A DNA stretch of 64,000 nucleotides from Setoptus koraiensis (Eukaryota > Animalia > Arthropoda), in NCBI GenBank assembly GCA_048013815.1, contig CM106586.1, positions 8,680,001-8,744,000 on the forward strand, read 5' to 3'. Below the pieces are notes generated by a model. It was not told the DNA's origin and made no database searches. It was given only the letters and a program-made list of their open reading frames with translations. How positions within the stretch are numbered: the first letter of the stretch is position 1; every line of letters starts with the position of its first letter. Below are positions 48,362 to 59,675 of this stretch, in pieces. A program made the position numbers and the translations under genes.

Positions 48362-50785
48362 ATGGACAATACTATTGAAGAATTCTTGGACGAACAATAT
48401 CAAATTCTTAGGCAACAAATTTTAGATGATCTACTAGAATTGTACTTTCTCAAAAGCAAGCAAGATGTTTACATGCACAACTATAAAGAATGGCGTAAGG
48501 GTGCCACCAATATCGAACAACAATTACAAGCTGATCTCGATGACAATGAGAGATTTTCTCAATTAATCACATTAAATGACCTGTCGCTTATTGCAAAACA
48601 ACACCCCACTGCGTTGGACCAGCAACCGATAGATCATCAACAACAACAATCAGAACAGACGCAACAGGAAGTGATTGAATCTTCGCAAGAAGACGGTTGC
48701 GCGCATACGACATTGACTAGCGGACAAAGTGCCTCCGCTGCTACTACTAACAACCAAAACACCACCGCCATCGCCGGCGATGCAGCCGGTTCTCTTTCAG
48801 CTACACAACCAAATCAGTCACCTAAATCTCAATCGCAGTCAGAATTGCTATCATCGCAACATCGGCCCCTATCCCCCTCCACCAGGCAGCAACATGCTGC
48901 CGCAACAAATCAAGTGGATGCAGTTGCAACTACCCCACAGCAACAGAAACAACTTAATTTGCAGCAAACACGACAACAACAATCTATTGAGACAGATCCT
49001 TCCAAGTTGCCACTTGACACCACCTCTTCTCAGCCTTCCTCACAACAGCAATCAGATTCACAAAAGAAAGAACAGCAAGCATCTCAGCACCTAGATTTAG
49101 ATTCACAAACAAGCGACAAAGAGTCACAACAAACCAAGCAGCATCCTAATAGTACAGCTGCACCTAAATCACCCGTCCGCATAGTGCTTGCGCAGCAGTC
49201 CTCTCAATCTATAGTCACACCTCAACAGCAGATTGCCCCTTCTAGGCGATTAGCAGCCTCACAAGTAACTCAGACACCCATCTCAGCCGTTACACCGCCC
49301 ACATCAAAAACACCACAATCTTCCATACAGCAAACTCTAACCGCTCAATCTTTCACGTCTACTCATCATACACACCAAATCACTCCAAGTGGCTACTCTA
49401 CCAGGCAGCATTCCATATCATCTGCTTGTGATAGTGCCATCGGTAGTCAACAAAAACAAATTGCAGAAAGGGCACTACATGAAGCTAATATTACAGCCAA
49501 AGTTGCCGAGCTAAGAAAGAAAGGTCTCTGGTCGCAGAGAAGACTACCTAAAGTTCAGGAGCCTTCGAGACCCAAAACTCATTGGGACTATCTTCTAGAG
49601 GAAATGGCATGGCTCTCCACCGACTTTGTAAATGAGCGGAGATGGAAGAAAAATGCTGCTAAAAAGTGTGCCAAGATGGTTAACAAATATCACCTGGATA
49701 AGAGGCTGCAAAAAGAACGCGCTGAACGTATGCACATCCAGCATCTCAAGCGTTTGGCGTCGCAGATGGCTAAAGAGGTCAGGATATTTTGGTCCTCTAT
49801 AGAAAAGGTTGTTGATTTCAGACAGCAAACAAAATTGGAAGAAAGACGAAAGAAAGCATTAGATTTACATTTGAAATTCATAGTTGACCAAACTGAGAAG
49901 TACTCTTCAGAAGTCCAAAAAGACTTGGCAAAATCCTTGCAAGTAGTAACAAACACTCCTGTAAATAGCTGCAACGTTAGTGAGAACGGACGAATGGAAA
50001 ATAGTCCAACAACACCTGCCCCAATAACTGATACCATCGACAGTAGTAAAGAACTGTCGAACCTAAGTGAAAGTAAAGGATTTGCTGACAAGAGGCCTCA
50101 TGATGCAAATGACGAATCTTTGCCCGAAAACGCCTGTCCGGAAGTCGATGAAATTGAAGACTCCCAAGTCGTTACCGAACCAAACGCTCCCGAGCCCTCT
50201 GCTAAAAGAATAAAACTGGAATCACAATATGATGAAGAATTCCAAGCTGATAGTCTTGATGAAGAATTCCAAGCTGATAGTCTTGACGAAGAAGATGATG
50301 AAAGTACAATTCAGAAAGAGGAGGAACTCTGCTCAGATTTGAACCACAAAGAAGAACTCAAAGATCTAGAGAACGAAGCAGACTTACCCATAGAAGAACT
50401 CATAAAGAAGTATGGTGGTGCTTATGAAGATTGTCCTAATTCGTTGAATACATCCTCTATTGAAGACGGAAGTAGTAACGGAGAGGAGACAATATCTGAT
50501 GACAGTAATGATAAAACTGCAGATAAAGAGGATGATACAGCTAGTGATAATGATGGTCAAGAAACAACTTCGACAACTCCGGTCGGAGATTTTGATAAAG
50601 AGTCTATAGATGATGGAGAAGCTACCGAAGATGAAGAATACTGCGATGATCAAGAATACGCTGATGACGAGGAAGAGGAAGAAGAGGTTGGAAATTCCGA
50701 CCATGATTCAGATATGACAGATGTTGGTCTAGAATATTTGATTGATCCAGAAAAAGATAACGGCGAAAAAGAATCTGTGATAAAT
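48362..50785 (+). CDS. dom: Domino/EP400 SWR1-family helicase, exon 1 (N-terminus, HSA domain, acidic linker)
   Basis: HSA-region AELRKKGLWSQRRLPKVQEPSRPKTHWDYLLEEMAWLSTDFVNERRWK. AAT|GTAAGT donor at 50786 (phase 0). Start ATG 48362 is inferred. Confidence 0.92.
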
Positions 50786-51041
50786 GTAAGTACTTTCATT
50801 CTTTTACCACACATTGGCTCTCAACGCCCCTTACTCATGTCCTAACAGGTGTTTGAAGGGTTTATTAGAAGGCCTATATCGATCTGCTGAGTCTACTGTC
50901 TTAAAACATCTTGTGAAGATAAATTCAACACTTTTCGAGAAACCTGGACGTAGATACAAACTTTTCTCAAGTTTCATAACAGAATTTAATACAGAGCATC
51001 AATTAATCTAACTAATGTATTTTCGTTGCTCTTATTCACAG

Positions 51042-51263
51042 GAGGCCGACGAAAACTCGCCAACTAAGAAGACTGGTAAAAGGAAAATTCAAGACATAGC
51101 GGCTGGCGCTGAAAGTATTCAACCGAAAGGAAATACATTGGAGACGGCTACTGTTTGCACAAAAGTGCCTCCACTTCTGAAGCATACTCTTCGCGAATAT
51201 CAGCATATCGGTCTTGATTGGCTTGTTGCAATGTACAACAAGAAACTCAACGGTATACTTGCT
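51042..51263 (+). CDS. dom: Domino exon 2
   Basis: cacAG|GAG acceptor; IQDIAAGAESIQPKGNTL...LREYQHIGLDWLVAMYNKKLNGILA; GCT|GTATGT donor. Confidence 0.93.
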
Positions 51264-51356
51264 GTATGTATGAAGATTTTTATCATCCCCCAACTCTTAA
51301 AAAAATTCAGAGCTTATCTTCTCATCGAAATTTTTCACTTGACTATTTGTTTTTAG

Positions 51357-51560
51357 GATGAAATGGGTTTGGGTAAGACCATCCAGACGATAGCTTTACT
51401 TGCACATCTCGCATGTGAACGTTCTGATTGGGGGCCCCACCTAATAGTAGTACCCACAAGTGTCATGTTGAACTGGGAGATGGAATTCAAAAAATGGTGT
51501 CCAGCATTTAAAATTCTCACCTACTATGGAACTCCAAAAGAGCGTAAAGCCAAAAGAACG
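51357..51560 (+). CDS. dom: Domino exon 3 (Walker A)
   Basis: tttAG|GAT; [20 protein letters not shown]...[24 protein letters not shown]; ACG|GTATTG donor. Confidence 0.95.
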
Positions 51561-51787
51561 GTATTGTATCTATATTTTAGTATTTTCCGAAACAAGAGTC
51601 GCTTGATTTCTGTGAATTAATATGATTCAAGTGCTGTATTGGATTTCGAAAAACACATTTGCTCTGAATGCGCCGTGCTTGTTATTCATTATCAAGTGGG
51701 GTCACAAACAATGAGCTACAGACCTTAAAACTAGTTTAGTTCATGTCTTACTAATCAATTCATTCTCTATTTCTTCAACTATTTCAG

Positions 51788-54388
51788 GGTTGGTGTAAAC
51801 CTAACAGTTTCCATGTCTGTATCACATCCTACCGCCTGGTAGTTCAAGATCATGGAGCTTTCCGACGCAAGAAATGGAGATATTTTATACTCGATGAAGC
51901 ACACCATATAAAGAACTTCAAGTCACAAAGGTGGCAGATGCTACTTAACTTCAATAGTCATCGTAGACTTCTTCTAACCGGTACACCTTTGCAGAACGAT
52001 CTCATGGAACTATGGTCACTAATGCATTTTCTCATGCCCAGCCTCTTCGACTCGCATCGTAAATTCAAGGATTGGTTTGTCAACCCAGTCACAGGAATGA
52101 TCGAAGGCAACTCTGAAATCAACGAAACATTGATTCAACGACTGCACATAGTTCTGAGACCCTTTTTGCTGCGTCGATTGAAATGTGATGTTGAGAAACA
52201 GTTGCCGCACAAGTACGAACACATAGTGAGATGTCGACTATCCAAAAGGCAAAGATTCTTGTACGAAGAATTCATGTCTTTGGCCAATACTAAAGAAACA
52301 CTAGCCAAAGGTAACTTTTTGAGCGTCATCAACGTTTTGATGCAGTTGAGGAAGGTTTGCAACCATCCTAACCTCTTCGAGCCCAGGCCCATAGTATCCC
52401 CTTTCATGATGAAGAGCATCGACTTTAAAGTTCCAGGTATCGTCCTAACGCCGACAGACTACAACTCTGAGCAGCATGTTAATTTAAGCAGCCTGCAGCT
52501 CATGATATCTGAAATAAATCTCGCACTATCTTCTAGCGCGCACGCTCTCATTGAAAAGCATCAAATCCCTAGAAAACTAATTGAAGAGATCCCGTCATCA
52601 GATGACATCTTCCCGGAAACGCTTCAGTCAGAAATGAGTCCATCCACCGATGTTGACAACGATTCGGATGAGCTCTTGGATATTGATTGCTTTCTCACTG
52701 ACCCCAGGTTCGATCATATAGATGTCTGCAGCAAAAGACTCGAATCACACAGAGACAAGCTTTCATTCATGGCCAGTATCAATGAACGACGTTGCAAGAT
52801 ATATCCATACTATTATAGAGACTGCATAGATTCATTGTCTTTCGTTGATGCGATAGAGAAACTCTTCAAGAACAAAGAATCTTCTGTGATAAATGATTTT
52901 GGCTGTGGTACCGGCTACCACCTCTGCAATTTATTCAACCATTTGAAAACATTACCTAAGTATGACCTAACTCAGGTATCTACTGTACTCAAAGCTGCAA
53001 TCAAATCCCCCAATGAAATACTTGAAGCAATGGATGAAATCTTCAAACGATTTGTTATTTGTGTGCCTGGTGTGAGTGCTCCTTCAATCAATCTGCACGT
53101 TACGCACATGTCACCATCGAAGAAAGCTGATGATCTATGTTTACGTGAAACACTGCACTCTGAGCTCGCTCCATGTTTCAACAGCTTAGGCCAAATTATG
53201 TCCAACATGCGAACATCTTTTCCCGAGTTAAGACTAATTCAATATGACTGCGGTAAACTGCAAACACTAAGCGAACTTCTTTGGAGCCTGAAGAGTGGAT
53301 CTCACCGAGTACTAATCTTTACTCAAATGTCCAGAATGCTCGATATTCTTGAACAATTTCTCAACTATCACGGACACACCTACTTACGACTCGACGGATC
53401 AACAAAAATCGACGAAAGGCAGGTTCTCATGGAACGTTTCAACAATGATAAGCGAATATTCTGTTTCATACTTTCAACTCGTTCTGGAGGTGTTGGTGTT
53501 AATTTAACAGGTGCCGATACTGTTATTTTTTATGACAGCGATTGGAACCCGACCATGGACGCTCAAGCTCAAGATCGTTGTCACCGCATAGGTCAGACAA
53601 GAGACGTCCATATATACCGTCTAATTAGTGAAAGAACGATAGAAGAAAATATTCTCTCCAAAGCACGTCAAAAGAGGCTCCTCGGAGATGTCGCCATAGA
53701 AGGTGGCAACTTCACTACCGCTTTCTTCAAGAAACAAGCCATCCAAGAGTTGTTCTGCCTAGAAGAGGACAAAAACTTCAACCCTAATTCAGATGCAAGA
53801 TCTTCCAATAAATCTCAGCAAGACTTGGAAGCTCCTCCCATTGATTCGTCTCAAGATCCAAATGTTAAAACCAAAGTCGAGACATTACCCAACGGTAACT
53901 GTGATCAAGATTTGGTGGACGTTTCCAAACTCGAGATGGCATTATGTAAAGGCGAGGCCGAAGCTGGTGAAAAGATGGATGTTGAAGCTGTCACAGCAGC
54001 TACTGAAGATGCTGCCACTGAGTTGATGGAATTTGACGAAAATGTACCATTGGACGATGAGAGTAAAGTAGTTGACTCAATTGATCCTGACTCTTTGGAT
54101 GTTGAAACTAAGTTGAAGATGTTAGTCGACCAAATGAGACCCATCGAGAAATACGCTATCAATTACCTCGAGACTTTGCACGAATCTGTCAACTCTGAAG
54201 AGCTTAAGCAAGCTGAAGAAGAACTAGAGGCCCAAAAACGAGACTGGGAACAGAATCGGATCGATCTTCTGAAAAGTGAAACTTTACAACTTGACGTGAG
54301 CGAAACTCTGTTAACATACCCTAAAGACGCCAAGTGTAAACAGGTATATTATTCTGTCAATGGAAGAAGAGGCATAGATGAGATGCCG
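51788..54388 (+). CDS. dom: Domino exon 4 (DEAH box, split ATPase insert, helicase C-lobe)
   Basis: ttcAG|GGT; LDEAHHIKNFKSQRW, LLTGTPLQN, LRKVCNHP, IQYDCGKL, LSTRSGGVGVNLTGADTVIFYDSDWNP, QAQDRCHRIGQ; CCG|GTAAGT donor at 54389. Confidence 0.96.
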
Positions 54389-54493
54389 GTAAGTTGAAGT
54401 CAAAGATAGAAATACTTGCATGCATGTTTATGCCTTGATACTATATTCAGATATTTATTAACATACAGTTGACGGTCTTAACGCAACCTGCAG

Positions 54494-56590
54494 ATATGGG
54501 CCCCGCTAACGCCACCAACAACACCACAAAACCCCGCCGAAAGTAGTTACTTCAGCACGGCTACATCTATGATGACTCCCGCCATGGCTGCCAGGATTAC
54601 CGCCATGGGTGGAGTTGCAGGGCTTGGATTTAACACCGGATCTCATGCTAACCATATCATCAATGAGAAGGATCTTCATGTGGATCATATCTATGATTTT
54701 CTATATGAGCCCAATGTTATGCTAGAATCTCAGTTGCCAGCTGTGTGTCAACCTCCTACTCTTACGGAATTAGGTGGATTCTCGATGAGCTACAAAAGGA
54801 CCAAATACAACCAGAATCCCACCCTATCCAGCATGCTTCTGCAACAACAACAGCAGCAAAATCAGCAACAACAGCAAGTCCAACAACAACAGCACCAACA
54901 AAAGCCGACGCAACAAGTTCAGCAACAACAGTTACAGCAACGGCAACAGCAACAAGACCAACAAAACCAACTCCAGCAGCAGCAACAAAATCAGCTGTTG
55001 CTCCAACAACAACATAACCAACAACAGTTGCATAATCAGCAGCATCATCAGATGCAACAGCAGCAACAACAGCAACAACAGCATTTGCAACTGCAACAAC
55101 TAACGCTATCACAATCACCTCACCTCAGCACTCAACTCCAACCTTCAGTTTCCGCAACTAGTTTGAATCTCTCTTTGAATCCCGTTCAAAGAAAACCCAA
55201 GATTAGAAGAGATGAGATCATATGTCTACCCAAGTCGTTGTTTGACAGGCAATCAAGCAACTTTGCTAAAATTCGTCGGGAATTGAAATTGCAGAAATTG
55301 AGATGTGTTACACGAGGCAATGATACAGACCCATTTGCGATGCAAAAATTCTTTCATAATTTCTCCATCAATCCTCTTGGTCAAACTTCGCAACCCTCGG
55401 CTATCATGAATCAATTGAATAAGCAGCCCAATCTTCCTATGTTGCAACTGCAACAAGAGCAATTGCCCCCGTGGTCGGTTCACGAAGAGTGGGCCACACT
55501 TTTGGTCATCCAACATCTGCAAGATTTGCCAATTAATCTCTGTCTTCTCACACCAGGTCACACTCCTAATTTTGACTTTGTTTCAGATGTTGTATCTAGT
55601 GTGAGCTTTGTATTTCGAAACACCTCTATGTGCTCGTACCACTATGAAACTGTGGTACAGAAAAGAGAAATGAGCAAAGAGATGCCTTCTCTTGATATAT
55701 CATCGCAAACATCAGGAAGTCTTACACCAACTCAACCGCCTGCTAAAAAATCTAAGAAGATGAAGAATCAGACTAATGGTCAGCAAACAATAACCTCATT
55801 TATGCAGACTCCAACTACCCCTATACCCAATGCTATTAGCACATCAAAAAATATCAACTCATCTCAGATCATCCCTTTCAAACCTTCTCAAACTGGAACA
55901 CTGTTTGCGAATGATAAATCCTTCCAACTATCGTGCGTTTATCGTTATGGTATTATAAACAGAATACGAGAGCGACGTCCTCCTACGATAAAGACTCGAT
56001 TCAGTGGTATTGGTGCGGCTGCCAAGCATACAAAGAATATCCAACTCTTGCAAGAGAGTAGGATCAACTATGAACGGCCATTGACACCTATGCAAGTCAC
56101 TTCAAATGGAGTTGTCAAGGCCAGGAATGCCCGGCAAGCTCACAAGAGCCATGATGTAGTTAATCGAGTGGCTATGGCTCAAGATGCTGCCACTGCCTCA
56201 GCATCTAGTCAGCAGAGACAACAATTGCAGACCTCTCAGCCTGTCCATCAAAGTGCTCACACAGTGGCTGTTCAGCAGTCCCTTGGTTTACACCTCATCT
56301 CCCAGCAGCAATATCATATGACTACCCAACAACAACAACAGCAACAACAGTATCATATTACTACCTTACAACAACAGCAACAACAACAATTGCAGCAACC
56401 TCAGTCTCAACAGCAGCAACAACAATTGCAACAACCTCAGTCTCAACAACAACAGCAACAACAACAACAGCAACAACAATTGCAACAACCTCAGTCTCAA
56501 CAACAACCACAGCAACAACAGCAACCACCGCAGCAATTCATTTCTTTGCAGGCGCACAAGTCTGAATCTTATGATCGAAATTGTCGATGA
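54494..56590 (+). CDS. dom: Domino exon 5 (polyQ tracts, SANT/Myb-like domain; DomA/EP400-type C-terminus)
   Basis: cAG|ATA gives EMP-IWAPLTPP; LYEPNVMLESQLPAV; PWSVHEEWATL...PGHTPNFDFVSDVV. TGA at 56588-90 followed directly by AATAAA at 56591. Total CDS 7548 nt (~2515 aa). Confidence 0.88.
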   Translation: MWAPLTPPTTPQNPAESSYFSTATSMMTPAMAARITAMGGVAGLGFNTGSHANHIINEKDLHVDHIYDFLYEPNVMLESQLPAVCQPPTLTELGGFSMSYKRTKYNQNPTLSSMLLQQQQQQNQQQQQVQQQQHQQKPTQQVQQQQLQQRQQQQDQQNQLQQQQQNQLLLQQQHNQQQLHNQQHHQMQQQQQQQQQHLQLQQLTLSQSPHLSTQLQPSVSATSLNLSLNPVQRKPKIRRDEIICLPKSLFDRQSSNFAKIRRELKLQKLRCVTRGNDTDPFAMQKFFHNFSINPLGQTSQPSAIMNQLNKQPNLPMLQLQQEQLPPWSVHEEWATLLVIQHLQDLPINLCLLTPGHTPNFDFVSDVVSSVSFVFRNTSMCSYHYETVVQKREMSKEMPSLDISSQTSGSLTPTQPPAKKSKKMKNQTNGQQTITSFMQTPTTPIPNAISTSKNINSSQIIPFKPSQTGTLFANDKSFQLSCVYRYGIINRIRERRPPTIKTRFSGIGAAAKHTKNIQLLQESRINYERPLTPMQVTSNGVVKARNARQAHKSHDVVNRVAMAQDAATASASSQQRQQLQTSQPVHQSAHTVAVQQSLGLHLISQQQYHMTTQQQQQQQQYHITTLQQQQQQQLQQPQSQQQQQQLQQPQSQQQQQQQQQQQQLQQPQSQQQPQQQQQPPQQFISLQAHKSESYDRNCR

Positions 56591-57390
56591 AATAAAGGCA
56601 TTGACAAATAGAGATGATAATTACATGTATACATGTTCCATCTGTACTATCATCGTTCGACTTTGTTATCGCTTACATCTGTTGCAGTATGATAATCAAA
56701 CACAAGTCACAAAGTTATTGCTCATGGTGACAAATCAAATCTAATCAAGCTCCTTGTCTCTTTGTTCTTTCACTCGCTGATTATATCGCTTGCTCATTAT
56801 TGTATTTTTCATCATGTATCAGTGTAGAGAGCACCATCCTATCGCTTGTTAACGATGTTCATCAAAGTTTTTTCCTTCTTCTCTCATCATTGGCCTGTAA
56901 AATAGACCACCCCCCTCCACCCCCAAAAAAGTTACACACATACTTAAAATATCAGATTAAACCTATCAGCTCTTCGATCGGTTGTTGATCTTTTGTTATT
57001 AAAATAAAATAATCTAATAACGATACCCACTGTATTGTAAGTTAGAAATTACTTTCTATGGCTTTATATGTTCAATGAGTCGACTCGTGGGGAGAGTGAA
57101 ATTCAGAGAGATAGGGAAACATACAGACAGACAGATAAAGAAAAATCAAAACAATACCAATCTAGTAGTAGTGATCGTTGGCCATCATTCACTGGAGGAG
57201 TATAGCAATAGTGTGAACAACGGCATTATACCAGATAGAGAGTAACAGACAGACAGAGAGAGTATATAAGTGATAGACTAACGAATATTTGGTTTCATTC
57301 GACAGCGAGCACTTGAACAACGATCAACAATGTAGAGAAATACGCGTTAACGGGTTTACCTTAAACAACAATAATAACAATAACAATATC

Positions 57391-58228
57391 ATGGATGAGT
57401 ATATGCCCATTATTTACGGAGGCAAAAAAGTATCCATGTTTTGGACAACGGTTCAAGTTATGATGGCCTTCCTAATAGCTGGCTTTGGCAACGTTGGTGC
57501 GGGTATCATTTTAGACTTTGTTCAACAATGGCAGGTATTTATAAATGTGCGAGAACTATTTGTTCTTATACCCTCATTATTGGGCCTCAAGGGGAACCTA
57601 GAGATGACAATGGCCTCACGTTTATCAACACAAGCCAATTTAGGTCACATGAACAACAACAAGGAACTTTGGAAGATGGCTAAAGGTAATTTAGCTTTGG
57701 TACAGTGCCAAGCGACAGTGGTATCATTTGTTGTAGCAATATTTGCTTGTACAGTTAATTCAATGTCATCAGGTGAATCGTTTGATTACAACAATGCCAT
57801 AATATTGTGCGCCTCTAGCCTGTTAACTGCCAACATTGCCTGTTTCTTATTGGGATCAGTCATGATATTGGTCATTGTGTGGTCGCATAAGATTAATATT
57901 GATCCGGACAATATTGCGGCCCCTGTTGCTGCCTCGTTAGGCGACATGACAACAGCCGGACTTTTGGCTTTATTTGCTCATATAATATATGAGTATAGCT
58001 ACAATCAGAGTATGCCTTATTTGGCTCTATTTATAACAATAGCCTTCCTACTAATGCTACCTGTTTGGATCTATATAGCCAGAAAGAATGCCTACACAAG
58101 CGACGTAATCACTAAAGGATGGACACCGATAGTGATAGCGGTTTTAATTTCATCATGTGGGGGCTTCATACTGGATTATGGAAAGTCGTTATACAGTCGA
58201 TTGCCCGTCTTTCAGCCAGTTATCAATG
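57391..58228 (+). CDS. SLC41A1: SLC41/MgtE-family Mg2+ transporter, coding exon 1
   Basis: IPSLLGLKGNLEMTMASRLSTQANLG (PX6GN), IDPDNIAAPVAASLGD; G|GTAAGT donor at 58229 (phase 1). The ATG 57391 start is inferred; a possible 5'UTR intron spans 57037-57305. Confidence 0.92.
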
Positions 58229-58733
58229 GTAAGTTTTTGTGTGATTTTATTCATAACCATGGAATCATGTGTATCGGTTGTTATGTGAGTTTGTTTAAAG
58301 AGGTTTCCCATCGCTACGGATACACGCTATAATCTAGAAAACCACAACAACATTACTAGTAGTAGGCGGTGATTTTCCATAGAGTTTTCCAGCAAAACTT
58401 TCGACAACGCCGGCCCTTCACTTGGATAATTACGATACTCGTTGATTGAGCTAATATTATCTGATTGATTATTTGAATGACGACAATGACGATAATTGCG
58501 TTGACGATCATACGACTAGTGTCTGAGTGTGTGTGTGCATGATAATAATCTTCGACTGATGGTTTGACGACATTGCCACCGCCACAACAAACAAGCGACA
58601 TCTGCTACACTAAATTGCTATTGTATATAGAGCTCAAGTATTGTTGCCCGACAATAATTGACAGTACACTTACTCATACCTCTTATTGATCATCATCATC
58701 ATTTTGTATTCACTTTTCATTGTAACGCTCTAG

Positions 58734-59020
58734 GTGTGGGTGGTAACATTGTAGCCATCCAGGCTAGCCGTCTCTCCACCTCGCTACATCGTGATGGAAA
58801 ACCAGGGGAACTCGATCCACAATTCAAGGTGTTCACTGGGCCACTGGCACTCTTCTTTGGTCCGCCCGACGCGAACAGGTCCACAGCTAGATCATTGCTT
58901 CTTATGTCGCTGCCTGCCCATGTGATTTACTTTTATGTTATACATTTCATCCAGGGACAAAATTCGGTGGATGTGACATTTGTGTTCCTGGGCCTCTACT
59001 TGACAATGGCCATTATTCAG
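58734..59020 (+). CDS. SLC41A1: SLC41 coding exon 2
   Basis: ctAG|GT restores [32 protein letters not shown] donor at 59021. Confidence 0.93.
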
Positions 59021-59218
59021 GTAATTGAGAGGCGCACACAATTAGTGAAAACAACAATGACGCACACGCGGCACGTTACTAGTTGATTTGTTAGTTCAAA
59101 GTTTTTATTTGTATTGGGACACTTATCACAAACTAAACCGTTTCGTCTTTCTCCTCCTTATGCATGACAATTTACATTCAACAATATCATAATACCAATG
59201 GCGTTTGTTTGGAAACAG

Positions 59219-59404
59219 GTGGCCATCCTATTGTACTTGGCACAGAATCTGGTCAACTCATTGTGGTGGTGCGCCATTGATCCAGACAACTATTCTACGC
59301 CAATTTTAACTGCGGTTGGAGATCTATTGGGTTGCGCCTTCTTGTTGGCAGTATTCCTACTGTCCGCTCAGCTAGGAGATCCAAACGCGTCCACAATCAT
59401 TTAA
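59219..59404 (+). CDS. SLC41A1: SLC41 coding exon 3
   Basis: acAG|GTG; [19 protein letters not shown]; TAA at 59402-59404. Spliced CDS 436 aa. Confidence 0.92.
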   Translation: MAILLYLAQNLVNSLWWCAIDPDNYSTPILTAVGDLLGCAFLLAVFLLSAQLGDPNASTII

Positions 59405-59675
59405 CCGTCTGAGGAGAAACCAATATGATACCATCACCACGAATAAACATCAATGGCACATTCCTCTTACTCTGCTTGTAGACCCTCTCCAAAGTTTCTT
59501 CGTCTATCTCAACCGAGGTGCATACTTCTTCGGCGTTCTCTAGTACCATGTTGAGATGTTGATCGTAAGCGTGTAGTCTTCCTTTCAGTTCGCGATCGCT
59601 TCGTAACTTGACATAGATCTCCTGGTCCAAACTTAGCCTGATGAGATCAAGGGGTTGCTCAATGGTTTCGTGCAT
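59397..59675 (-). CDS. LSm3: U6 snRNA-associated Sm-like protein LSm3, intronless CDS, 92 aa
   Basis: [40 protein letters not shown] (Sm1), [22 protein letters not shown] (Sm2); TGA at 59399-59397. Confidence 0.97.
   Translation of the reverse strand: MHETIEQPLDLIRLSLDQEIYVKLRSDRELKGRLHAYDQHLNMVLENAEEVCTSVEIDEETLERVYKQSKRNVPLMFIRGDGIILVSPQTVK

Noticed and set aside
54344-54451. Alternative domino donor (CAG|GTATAT) and acceptor (54450)
   Set aside because: The 54451 acceptor leads to a stop; 54389/54494 restores the conserved MPIWAP motif.
58229-58733. ORF read-throughs flanking SLC41 exons (KFLCDF..., MTVHLL...)
   Set aside because: Intronic; splicing restores the PVINGVGGN signature.
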